Virus record (IMG/VR): IMGVR_UViG_2061766007_000865
Origin: an uncultured virus (IMG/VR IMGVR_UViG_2061766007_000865)
Taxonomy: Duplodnaviria; Heunggongvirae; Uroviricota; Caudoviricetes
Strand: one strand, 5' to 3'
Length of the DNA stretch: 64,000 nt
Shown here: positions 42,900-53,778 of the stretch, in pieces
Numbering within the stretch: the stretch's first letter is position 1
How the letters are laid out: each line of letters begins with the position of its first letter
Made by a program: the position numbers and the translations under genes
The notes under the pieces: generated by a model
The model's database searches: none
Seen by the model: the letters and a program-made list of their open reading frames with translations, nothing else
What the model was told of the DNA's origin: nothing

Positions 42900-43470
42900 T
42901 CATGCAAAAGGTGAAAGACCACCTATACAACTCACAGTAAGACGAGTAGAACCAAGTGTCTGGCAAAGCATGGGTTTCGCAAAGGAACACTACCTAACAG
43001 CAGAACTTAACAAATCATGCAAATGCCTATTATTTGAATGGAACAACGTTCCAGTTGGTTTCGTGGGAATACTTAACACACCAAGAAAGGGTATACCTTA
43101 TGGGTGCTCAGTATCTAGGATAGTTATATTACCAGATTATCAAGGTTTGGGACTTAGCACAATTATATTTAACTTTGTTGGAGGCATTGTTAAATCCCTA
43201 TCAGATGAGGAGCACGACTATAAGCTATACATCAAGACAGCGCATAGCAAGTTTGGTGAGGCTTTATCAAGAAATCCCAATGTGAGAGGAACGTCCTTTG
43301 ATGGAAAGGGTAGGGATAAGAAGTCTGCTGATAATCAAAGATACCGCAATAGACTCACTAGGGTTAGTTATTGCAAGGAATATATTGGTGATAAAATAGA
43401 TGGTTTCCAAGATATATTGAGACCAATTGGAGAATTAAGGAAAGAAAAGGAGGAGAAACATGGATTATAA
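42880..43470 (+). CDS. GNAT acetyltransferase partner of the ABC ATPase
   Basis: 'EHYL', 'SRIVILPDYQGLGL', 'KTAHSKFG'. Confidence 0.8.
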   Translation: MKLIKINHAKGERPPIQLTVRRVEPSVWQSMGFAKEHYLTAELNKSCKCLLFEWNNVPVGFVGILNTPRKGIPYGCSVSRIVILPDYQGLGLSTIIFNFVGGIVKSLSDEEHDYKLYIKTAHSKFGEALSRNPNVRGTSFDGKGRDKKSADNQRYRNRLTRVSYCKEYIGDKIDGFQDILRPIGELRKEKEEKHGL

Positions 43471-43839
43471 GAGAGTAGAGGATATAAAAGAATGGTTTGA
43501 AAAGCTATTACACGTGGGTGGTTTGAAATTCAAATACACCACAAGCCATTGTGATGCTGATAATTTAAACATATATGAGTTTGAACGTGATGTGTTAACT
43601 AGAAAGGTGTTGTATTATGACACCACCAATAACGTTATAAGCACTCATTCGCCATATGGGAGTCATTGGGAGAATAGGAAAGACGTTGTTAAGATTAAGG
43701 CAAGTGAAAACTTCAGATGGTGCATTAGGGGTAAAGACTTTATATCTTGTTATAAGCCTTGCAATATAACATATGAGGATTATTATGGCAATAGCAAACT
43801 CTTGTTATGCTGCAATGAAGATAGGGTGAAGGCAATACA
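43460..43839 (+). CDS. Hypothetical protein (3' end in gap)
   Basis: ORF overlapping the GNAT stop. Confidence 0.55.
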
Positions 43840-43939
43840 NNNNNNNNNNNGTGAAAATGTTAAAATATTGTCAATTTGATTAATTTTAGTTTTGTTATTA
43901 ACGTAAAAAATAAGACTTTTTTGTAACTTTGCGCCAAAT

Positions 43940-43993
43940 AACGTGTAATCACACATCAAAAAAAAACGTGTAACTGCACATCAGAAAAAAAAC
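43940..43993 (+). repeat. Two 25-bp direct repeats, each a mini-hairpin; candidate small RNA
   Basis: aacgtgtaatcacacatcaaaaaaa / aacgtgtaactgcacatcagaaaaa, after TAACTTTG and before a terminator. Confidence 0.5.
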
Positions 43994-43998
43994 AATAA

Positions 43999-44028
43999 AA
44001 AAGAGGTAGACAAACATCTACCTCTTTT
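43999..44028. terminator. Bidirectional intrinsic terminator
   Basis: aaaagaggtaga-caaaca-tctacctctttt. Confidence 0.8.
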
Positions 44029-44049
44029 CCTTTATTCTCTCACAATGTA

Positions 44050-46592
44050 TTAAGCATCTTTCTTAACTGTGTAAACTGTGCTATCTCCATCAGTTGACTC
44101 CTCAACATGGTAGCCTTCTGGTACGAATGATGTGTGAGCACCTTCAGCGTTGTTATCTGCTGGGTTAAAGTCATAGAACTTACCACCAGTTACAACAATC
44201 TTAGCTGTTCCATTCTTGTAGTTAGCATCGTAGCAGTTCAACAAGTATGTCTTGTCTTCGCCAAGGTTCTTGAATATACCATCTGTGATGTTGATAGTTC
44301 CAAGGTAACAGTAAATCAACTCACCACCACTTCTTTCAGTAGTATATGTTGGTCTTCCAAACATTGTTCCGCTAAGTGTAACAACACAGTCAGCACCATT
44401 AGCCTCAACTGCGATACGTCCACCAGCATCTATTGTACCGCTACCGCCAATGTTAACCTGCTGCTTATTCCTGAACATCATGGCTGGGTTGTTTGTTGTA
44501 GAGCCAGTGAATGTTACAGTCTTACCGCCAAGATTCAACTTAACAATGTTCTTTGCTGTTGTTCCAGGAGCGATAGTTCCAGTGGTAATATCCTCGGTCA
44601 ACTTAGCCTCGCCACTCTTACTCTTCAACATAGAATCCAATGTACTGTCTGCTGGGATAGAATAAGTAGTTGCATAGTAAAGGTCAAGTACCATATCCTT
44701 CAATCTGTCATATGCTGCTTGCATTTCCTCTATTTCTGCGTCCTTTGCTGCAAGCAATGCATCTACTTCATCCTTTGTGTAAACAGTATCAGCATCAGCC
44801 TTTGTAGCAATGGCTTCTGTGTTAGTCTCTATATTGGCTGTGTTGGCGTTAACTTGAGCCTTAATTTCCTCAATACCTTCTGGATTCAAATCATGGATTT
44901 CCCTATGCATGACATCTACGATACCATTGCCACTATCGTCATATTCACCCTCGCCGTTCCAATCGGTAAAGGCGTTGAGTATTGTCGAGTTCTTATCGAT
45001 TACAGCAACCTCTTGCAATAGGTAATCATTAATCGTGGTAATCTTCTCATTAAGCATTACGTCTGCTGCCATTCTCTCGTTCTTCTCTGTGTTGTCACCA
45101 TTCGTGATTTCGCTTCTCAGAGTGGCTTTAGTGTCATCAATACGCCCATTAACATATTCCCTAGTTGCAAACTTGGAAAGCTCTTGGTCTGTCTTTGCGC
45201 TAAGTTCAGCTAGTTCGCTCTCGAATGTATCGACAAGACCATTGGTATAGTTCTTTGACTCTGTTAGTGCTGCGTCTGATACTTCGACAGCGAGTTTCTT
45301 TGCGCCCCAAATAGTATCGTCATCGCTTGTGTCCCCATCGTCACCTATGAGTGCAAGGTCAGCGGCTTGTCTATCCCCAATCTCCTTGGTGAGACCACTT
45401 TCAATATTGTCAACCTTGGCAACACATGTATCAACCTTTTGTTCTGCTGTGGTGATTCTTCCATTAAGTGTTGCAACTGCTTCGTTGATTGTTCTATCAC
45501 CTTCTATTCTTTCTGTGATTTCATTCGAAAGGTTCTCGTTAAGTGTAATCACAGTTCCGCTTACTACGTCAAGATTAGCCTTATCAGCCTTCTCATTCTC
45601 AAGACCTTCAATCATGCCCAATAGTTCACCTCTCATTGCTATGACAGCATCCTTATCAGCTTTACTTACAATATCGCTTGTGTTTGTTTCAACTTGCGCT
45701 GATATGGTTTCAATATCACTAGTAATGCTGTTTACAGCACCTTGAAGTGTTCCAATTGCCTCAGTGTTCTCTGAAATCGCACTTGTGTTTGCATTGATTG
45801 CATCCGTGTTGGCACTAGTTGCCACATCGATTCTAACGATATCATCACCAATGTCATCTATTGTCGTGTTAATTGCAGTCAATGCCTCTGAGACATCTCC
45901 GCTGAATGTATTCAGTTCATCGACCTTAATGTTGATGTCATTAATGGAAGTATCTATTTCATCAAGTCTTTCGCTAATACTAGTCGTTGCACTTTCAACT
46001 TGGTTTGCCAAGTCTTCAAGGTCTCCAATCTTAGCGTATCTTGTATCTGCCTCTTCTTCAGTGATATACCCTTGTTCCTCTACCCATTCTTGGGTTGCAT
46101 AACCACTGAATCCAGTAGAAATCATTTCGTCGATTTCCTCCTTAGAATACACATCATCTTTCTTGGCATAATCATCTATAATGGTTTCAATGGACTCGTT
46201 TATATTGGTGATACTGCTCTCGGCAGCATCAACTCGGCTAGTAAGGTCCTCTAANNNNNNNNNNNNNNNNNNNNNNNTGCGTTGAGCTGTTCAGCGAACT
46301 CGTCATCAATTCGTTTAAGGGTTTCAACATCTTCTGAGATACCACTGATTGTATCAGCGAATTCTAGGTTGATTTCTGATTGTGTCTCTATGAGGTTCTC
46401 AACGGTACCAGAAAGTTCAACAAGGTCTTTCTTATCAGCTTTCTCACCCTCAAGGTCTTGGATTTCCTTGTCTTGCTCCTTATTCTTCTCACGGATATCT
46501 GACAAGTCAACGCCATTTATCTCACTAGCATAAGTATTCTGGTCTGGGAAGCCATAATACTCCAAATGTCTTATAAATTGCTTTTTTGCCAT
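44050..46592 (-). CDS. Long coiled-coil fibre-like protein with C-terminal beta-rich domain (probably one gene across the gap)
   Basis: Heptad repeats, 'KADK' and 'YTKDEVD' motifs typical of tail/capsid fibres; C-terminal 'IVVTGGKFYDFNPA...FVPEGY'. Confidence 0.65.
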
Positions 46593-46737
46593 AATTTTAC
46601 AAATATTTTTAAGTACTTAAATTATATAATCGTNNNNNNNNNNNNNNNNNNNNNNNNNNNNNNNNNNNNNNNNNNNNNNNNNNNNNNNNNNNNNNNNNNN
46701 NNNNNNNNNNNNNAGAAATAAAAAATAATATATAAGT

Positions 46738-46983
46738 ATGAAAAAAATATCTAGCAAAAAGCTGCAAGAAAAATGTTGGGAAGATGCACAAGCATTCGCC
46801 AATGAAATTAACGAAGCAATCGTTTATAATGACGAAGAAGACAAGTTCTATAGGGAGTCAGAATACAAGAAAGAATGTGAAAAGGTAGTATTGGCATACA
46901 AGGATGTCTACACGGAGGAAAATTGGGAAAAAGATAAGACAAACAGTCATTTGTTTTGGTATTATCCAGCAAAAAAGGAGTAG
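46738..46983 (+). CDS. Hypothetical protein
   Basis: 81-aa ORF ending at a terminator. Confidence 0.5.
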   Translation: MKKISSKKLQEKCWEDAQAFANEINEAIVYNDEEDKFYRESEYKKECEKVVLAYKDVYTEENWEKDKTNSHLFWYYPAKKE

Positions 46984-47001
46984 TAATCGACTACTCCTTT
47001 T
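46974..47001. terminator. Bidirectional terminator
   Basis: aaaggagtagt-aatcg-actactccttt. Confidence 0.75.
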
Positions 47002-47008
47002 ATTATTT

Positions 47009-48302
47009 TTAATAATTTTCAAAACGTCCACTTTTTGTTGGTTTATTAATTTGATTTCCAGTTCCTAAATTATATTTTATTTGCATTTCACCAAATGTAA
47101 TTGGAATAATATACTCTATGCCTAACTGTTTAGCTTGCATACAAATGTCAGAAAGAGTTGCACCACCGCTAATATTATCATCAAAGATTACAAATATTGT
47201 ACCCTTTATCTTTTCCATTTCTTGCTGAACAATATCAGCATTTGCAACGAAATAATTTTTTAATCCCATTCTTACATCATTGCTCATTTTTTTAATCTGA
47301 AAATCTTGAGGTTGTAACTTGTGCATTGGAATTGACTTAGCCTTAGTACCTCTTAGATAAGGCTTAACAGTCTGCCAAACAAATTCTGTTTTTCTTGCCT
47401 CTACTTGAGACTTAGTACCCTTCAAAGCAGAAAATACAGCATTCCTATGTATACCACCTATGGAATTCTCTATTTCCTTAAATCTTTCGTATAGCTCGAT
47501 ATAAAATTTAGCTAGTGCTTTACCAAAGTTATCCCCATATGCCTTTCTATTCATTATACATTTGTCTAATTTGGCATAGGCATTGTTGTAAGCATCAATC
47601 AATGGTTTAGTGGCTTCAATCTTAGAAAATCTCCCTAACTCCCTATCTATATAATCATTATGAGTGACATTATCATCACCATTCTTGAACATTCTACTGT
47701 TATAATAGTCTTTGTTCTTGTTTATGAAGTCAGTATCTTTCTGTAAATTAGATAAGTTCTTTTGGAATAAATTCATATCAATCTTTACTACTGGCAAACC
47801 ATTAAGTTTAACAGTGTTTTGCAATTGAGTGGCAACCATGTCATTGAAGTTACTACTACTATACACTGGATATATGGATACTCCACTGAATTTTATCTTT
47901 GTCTTATTGTATAGCTCATTTGTAACATGTTCTATCACATTATTTACCTTCATATAAAATTGTTTGAAGAATTCTTGATATTCAGCATCTTCCATCATTA
48001 ACTCATAACTTTCCTTTTGTCCGTCACCATCAAGGTCAATGTCCATCTTTGCAAACTTATTCTTGAAATAGTGCATTATCTCAGTGCCCCTAATGGATGT
48101 AATGTTATAAGACATGATACCACCCTTCAAAGGAACTTCATAAGTGTCAGAATTGTTTTGGTCCATCTTACCAGTATTCAAAAGCTCTGTTGGGTTTAAT
48201 GTTCCAAAATTCTTGGTTGGAGCAGCAGAAGCTCTTTTCTTATAAGATAACTGTATCTTGTTCTTACCTCTTCTTCCACTGGCATAAACATCTTCCAAAA
48301 GG
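47009..48302 (-). CDS. Protein with C-terminal phosphoribosyltransferase-like motif (5' end in gap)
   Basis: PRPP-binding-like 'FVIFDDNISGGATLSD'; 'YPVYSSSNFN'. Confidence 0.6.
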
Positions 48303-48350
48303 NNNNNNNNNNNNNNNNNNNTTTTGGCTCTTTGTCGCTTGTATATAGTA

Positions 48351-49226
48351 TCATATAATCTTCTCCTTCTTTATTATCTTTATATCTTTTGGGTTGAATA
48401 TGACATAATTGGTGTTCTTTGAGCTATTCGCTGTCACATCTAGCCACTTTATACCCTTATATCCCTCTTTGTATAAGAATTCAGAGGTCTCTTTATCATC
48501 ACCCAATATCGACGCTATCGTTCCATACAAATCCCCACCATCTTGGCAATCGCATATGTATTTGCACTCCTCATTCCAAAATTCATTCTCATAACCCTTA
48601 TAAGCTTCTCTGCCATACTCATTCTCTGTTGTGTAATACTTGAAAAAATCCCTAGCTATCTTATTGGCAGTCGCTCTAGAAACGCCCTTATAAGATAAGT
48701 AAGGAGCGTTTGGTACTTTAACAGTGTATATGTACCCACCTTTTGAATATTCTTTTGCAACTTGAGGATTATTACTTAGATAGACACCATATCCGTATGT
48801 TTGCTGCCCCCAACCGCTACCTAGGAAAGCCAAATCGAATTCTGAAAACTCTGCTTGAGTCCCATGAAACAAATCCAACTCATTAATTGATTCAATAATT
48901 GCACGTCTGATAATAGATTCATTTTTCTCCCAATCATAATCTATATTGTCCTTTTCCCCATTATAGGTATAGTAATCACCCATATCTGCTTGTTTTAAAG
49001 GTTTCTGAGGCACTTTCATAGCCAAACCTTTATCGTATTTCACTGCCTCGTTAAAGTGCCTTGTAATGGCAGTAATGAGACTTTGGTCATAACCTATCTT
49101 ACCACCAAACTGCTTCTTCGTATATCCAAGTTTATTAGCCATATACATAATGGTTTGCGGCTTGAACTTATAACACTGCCCTTCAGTTCTGAATCTCTTT
49201 ATTATCTCATTTATTGTTAAAATCAT
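48351..49226 (-). CDS. ADP-ribosyltransferase-like (ART-PolyVal-type) protein
   Basis: 'LFHGT..EF..FD...GSG.G...YGYGVYLS....AKEY', 'GYKGIKW...NYVIFNP'; preceded by the 'IIESINE' spacer. Confidence 0.7.
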   Translation of the reverse strand: MILTINEIIKRFRTEGQCYKFKPQTIMYMANKLGYTKKQFGGKIGYDQSLITAITRHFNEAVKYDKGLAMKVPQKPLKQADMGDYYTYNGEKDNIDYDWEKNESIIRRAIIESINELDLFHGTQAEFSEFDLAFLGSGWGQQTYGYGVYLSNNPQVAKEYSKGGYIYTVKVPNAPYLSYKGVSRATANKIARDFFKYYTTENEYGREAYKGYENEFWNEECKYICDCQDGGDLYGTIASILGDDKETSEFLYKEGYKGIKWLDVTANSSKNTNYVIFNPKDIKIIKKEKII

Positions 49227-49290
49227 GTCTGCTAAAACTATTTCATACACATAAATATCAACTAATCATTAAAAGATTTTTAGTGATTTA

Positions 49291-49322
49291 TTTGTTTTTT
49301 TAACTTTTTTTTAATATCTTTG
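49291..49322 (+). promoter_or_regulatory. Bacteroidota-type promoter for the polB N-half
   Basis: TTTG-N20-TATCTTTG. Confidence 0.8.
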
Positions 49323-49397
49323 CAACAAACTATAGAAACTGATGACATCTCAGTGTGTCTCTAGGTTTAAAAACTAATAGAACTAAACGATTCAACT

Positions 49398-51906
49398 ATG
49401 AAGGAAATTACAACAGAGGTTGTCAACACCTTTCTAAACGGACATGACCCAATGGAACGAATTATCTCCATTGAATGCGCTTGGAACGAAGATAAAGTCA
49501 GCATCATCTATGTTGACCATAATGGAATCAAAAGAATCAAGCAAGATGATTTCAAACCCTTCATCTGGGTAAAACACAGCGCAGCAATAAGAATGTTTGG
49601 AGGAAATAGGTCTGAACTCAGAAAACAACTAGCCTATTATGGAATTAAAATAAAGAAACTAGTCACCTCAGATAATAATGGACAAGAACATGAACGACTA
49701 GAAAACGGATACAAATACCTCTTCTATGCAACTAGAAGAATGACTAACCAAACGTTCCAAAGCTTCTTCTCCAAGGCTGGAACCCCAATCCACCCAAAAC
49801 AGAAGAAAGACGAACCAAATACTAGCAGCAATAGAGAGTTTATGGGAGTAACACCAGTTGAACAGTATATGATTGCAACTGGACGCAGACTCTTTAAAGG
49901 CTATGATACCTATAACCAACTCAATCGCCTCGTGTTTGACTTGGAAACACAAGGTCTTAACCCTAGAATACATAGAATTGAACAGATTGGTATACGTACC
50001 AATAAAGGATATGAAAGGATAATCGAAGTCGAGGGAAACACAAAGGAAGAACTAGATGCAAGCGAGATAGCGGCAATCAAGGAATTTCTTAAGATATTGG
50101 CGGAACTGAAACCAGATACAGTGGTGGGACATAACTCCGAAAACTTCGACTGGAACTTCATCATCGTCCGCTGTGAACACTATGGCATAGACTTTTCAGA
50201 ACTATCACTAGAATATTTCAAACACGCAATATATAAGAAGAAAAAAGCATCAGTCCTTAAACTTGGCGGAGAAGTAGAATACTACTACCCAACAATCATG
50301 TGGGGACATAACGTCCTTGATTCACTTCATGCAGCTCGTAGAGCACAAGCAATCGACTCGAACATGAAGAAATCAAACTTGAAATACGTTACCAAATACC
50401 TTAACCTTAAGAAACAGAATAGAGTCTACGTTCCAGGCGATAAGATTACCGATACATGGAATATAAAAGAAGAGGTATTTGGACTCTGTGAGGAAGATGG
50501 AGATTGGTATAGAGTAACAGATAAGAAACCACTACTGGAAGGTTATAACCTCGTAAGTGGTAGATATATAGTTGAGCGATACCTTCTAGATGATATTTGG
50601 GAAACGGATAAGGTTGAAGACAAACTAAATGAGTCTAACTTCCTTGTTGGTAAGATNNNNNNNNNNAGATAAGGTTGAAGACAAACTAAATGAGTCTAAC
50701 TTCCTTGTTGGTAAGATGCTACCAACCAACTTCGCTAGAACATGCACCATGGGTACTGCTGGAATTTGGAAACTTATCATGCTTGCATGGTGTTATGAAA
50801 ATGACTTGGCAATCCCAGCAGCAGTGCCCAATAAACGATTCACTGGAGGACTTTCACGTCTCCTTAAGACTGGCTACGTTGACCGTATCGTGAAATTGGA
50901 CTATAATTCATTGTATCCGTCTGTTATCCTTACTTGGCACATTTCCACGCCAATTGATGTCATGAATGTCATGGTGTCACTTCTTGAGTACATTCTTACA
51001 CAACGAGAAAAGTATAAGGAACTCAAAGCCGAAGCTGGAGAAAAAGTTGATGAGTTTAAGGAAATGCTAGAAAGCGCAAAAGGAAACGAATCCACCAAAA
51101 TCAAGGAGCAAATTGCCTTCTGGAAAGCAGAGAAAAGTGGTAATGACAAGAAACAGTTACCCCTTAAGATTTTAGCGAATTCATTTTTCGGAGGCTATGG
51201 TTCACCAAACGTTTTTCCTTTTGGCGATATTCTTGCAGCAGAGAAGACAACTTGTATCAGCAGAATGGCGCTGAGACTTATGATTTCTCACTTTAAATCA
51301 ATTGGTTATGAGCCAATCGTAGGTGACTCATTTACGGCAGACACTCCATTATTCATCAAGTATGACGTTAGTGGTGACATCGACATTAAACCAATCTCAG
51401 AACTTATAGGAGAGACTGAAGTTGACCCATTGGGAAGGGAATATGACGTTGATGAGAAGCCTTATAGGGTTCTATGTAGAAGCGGTTGGGTTAAGCCTAA
51501 CTACATTTATCGCCATAAGACTAATAAACCATTATACGAGGTTTCTGAGGGCAGCATGAGTGTCACGGTAACAGAAGACCACAGCTTGTTCAATGATAAA
51601 CAAGAAAAGATTAAACCAAGTGAGGTGAACGAGAAGACAAGATTGGAGTACTATAAGGATAGTATTGACACCTCAAACAAGAGGTACAGATGGCTTGACG
51701 AACATAGAGCAAGGGTTATGGCGAAAATGCTTCTAGATGGAACAACTGATAGGGTTAGTGTTGCATTACTGAACACCACCAATTTCAAGGCAGTCAAGGC
51801 ATTCTTGGATGAATGGGGTGATGTGAACCCACTTGTGTATAGTAAGACAATTGCAGCTGGTATAAACTTCTTAAAAATGAAACTTCATGGGAAGAAAATG
51901 GAGTAA
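49398..51906 (+). CDS. polB: Family B DNA polymerase, N-terminal half fused to split intein N-fragment (break at ~50660 is an assembly overlap)
   Basis: ExoI 'FDLET', ExoII 'GHNSENFDW', ExoIII 'YLLDD', motif A 'LDYNSLYPS', motif B 'KILANSFFG', first half of motif C 'IVGD'. Confidence 0.93.
51328..51903 (+). mobile_element. Split intein N-fragment (192 aa, Ser1)
   Basis: D|SFTADTPLFIK; 'IKPISEL'; block B 'VTEDHSLF'; no terminal Asn before the stop. Confidence 0.88.
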
Positions 51907-51997
51907 ATTATTATACCATTAAAGGAAATTCTGAAAAAGCATTAAAAAGGCTGAATTTTTATGGCTCTCCAAATATTTATTCAAAAGGCGATATCAT

Positions 51998-53644
51998 ATG
52001 AGTAGATTCAACGAAACAAAATTTTTAGAAAAATTCTATGCTTTAAATGGTGATAGGTATACATACATGGGCTATGAAAATGGATTAGTGCAATTCTACT
52101 GTAAGAAGCATGATAAAATTAATTATGATACCCCATCGCACTTAGTAAGTGGGCGAGGGTGTAAAGAATGCGGTAAGGAAAAGCAACAGCAAACGAATAT
52201 ATTGGCAAATAAGAAAGCTAAAGNNNNNNNNNNNNNNNNNNNNNNNNTACACGGTGATAAGTATGACTACTCAAAGGTGAATTACATAAATGCAAAAACA
52301 AAAGTATGTATTATTTGTCCAATTCATGGAGAATTCAAACAAACTCCGCAAGCCCACTTAAGAGGGGAAGGTTGCAGAAAATGTGGAATTGAAGAATCGC
52401 ATAAGCTACAGAGAAAGACCACAGAACAATTCATAAAAGAGGCTAGGGAAATTCATGGAGATAAGTATGACTACTCGAAAGTAAACTATGTTGATGAGCG
52501 TACTGATGTCATCATAGTCTGCCCAAAACATGGCGAATTTAAACAAAAACCAATGAAACATCTGAAAGGTAGGGGGTGTCATGAGTGCGGAATAGAGAAA
52601 CTTTCCAAAATCAATAGTTTTACAACTGAGAAATTCATTGCTAGGGCAAAAGAGGTTCATGGTGACAAGTATGACTACTCAAAAGTCGAATATAAAGGTT
52701 ATTATGAAGATGTTTGTATAGTTTGTCCAGCACATGGTGAATTTTGGCAAACCCCAGATTCGCACTTACAAGGTTGTGGCTGTCAAAGATGCTCTAGTAG
52801 ATTATCTAAAAATGAAGACGAACTATATAATTTTATAAGTAAACTAGTTGGAAAAGATAATGTTGAAAAGTCTAATACTTCAATATTACCAAAACATAGA
52901 GAAATAGACATTTATGTCCNNNNNNNNNNNNNNNNNNNNNNNNNNNNNNNNNNNNNNCTATCATATTAATAAAACAAATTATTGCAAAGAAAATGGTATT
53001 TCACTAATTCATATCTTTGAAGACGAATATTGTGAAAAAAAAGATATTGTTCTTGCGAAACTGAAACACCTACTCAAATGTGACGATTCACCAAAGATAT
53101 CAGGAAGAAAATGCAATGTCTATGAAATCCCCTATAATGAAGCAAAAGATTTTTTAGACAAAAATCATTTACAAGGCTNNNNNNNNNNNNNNNNNNNNNN
53201 NNNNNNNNTGAGTTGATTGGCGTAATGTCTTTTACAAAGATTAAGGATAAAGAATGGGAATTAGATAGATTTGCAACAAACATTAAATATATTTGTCAAG
53301 GCGTAGGAGGCAAACTTTTCTCTTTTTTCACAAAAAAATATAATCCAACATACATCAAATCATTTGCTGACAGAAGATGGACAACTGATGAAAAGAATAA
53401 CATTTATACCAAATTAGGATTTATCTTAGAAGAAACATTAAAACCAGATTATCGATATGTAAAGGACGGATATTATCACCGCATACATAAATTTAATTTC
53501 AGAAAACAGATTCTACATAAAAAATATGACTTTGACTTATCCATGACTGAAAGCGAAATGGCTAAGAAATTAAACGCATATAAAATTTGGGATTGTGGTT
53601 TATTTAAATATGTGTGGAGAAAGAATAATAATTTTGAAATCTGA
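51998..53644 (+). CDS. Free-standing Hef-like homing endonuclease (zinc-ribbon repeats, Vsr-like nuclease, GNAT-like C-terminus); gapped
   Basis: Three 'HGDKYDYSKV.Y....V.I.CP.HGEF.Q.P..HL.G.GC..C' repeats; 'EIDIY', 'LIHIFEDE'; C-terminal 'ELDRFAT...SFADRRW...KIWDCG'. Confidence 0.8.
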
Positions 53645-53663
53645 AGATTTTAATATATCTTTG
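53633..53663 (+). promoter_or_regulatory. Bacteroidota-type promoter for the polB C-half
   Basis: TTTG(53633)-N19-TATCTTTG(53656). Confidence 0.8.
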
Positions 53664-53679
53664 CAAAAACTGAAAACGT

Positions 53680-53778
53680 ATGAAAGCAAAAAACATAGGT
53701 TCGACAAACGATTACGTATACGACATCCAACTTGATGGCACTGTCGTAAATGCACTAGGAATGAACATCATCTCAAAT
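53680..53778 (+). mobile_element. Split intein C-fragment (33 aa)
   Basis: MKAKNIGSTNDYVYDIQLDGTVVNALGMNIISN|T: block F 'VYDI' and terminal Asn. Confidence 0.88.

Noticed and set aside
44134..46102. Long + strand ORFs antisense to the fibre gene, and similar shadow ORFs elsewhere
   Set aside because: They are Ser/Leu-rich mirror translations of strongly supported genes on the opposite strand.
49335..49346. Hammerhead core (CTGATGA)
   Set aside because: GAAA sits directly before the core with no stems arranged as a hammerhead.
50600..50720. An additional split or frameshift in polB
   Set aside because: An identical sequence is repeated on both sides of a 10-N gap; assembly overlap.
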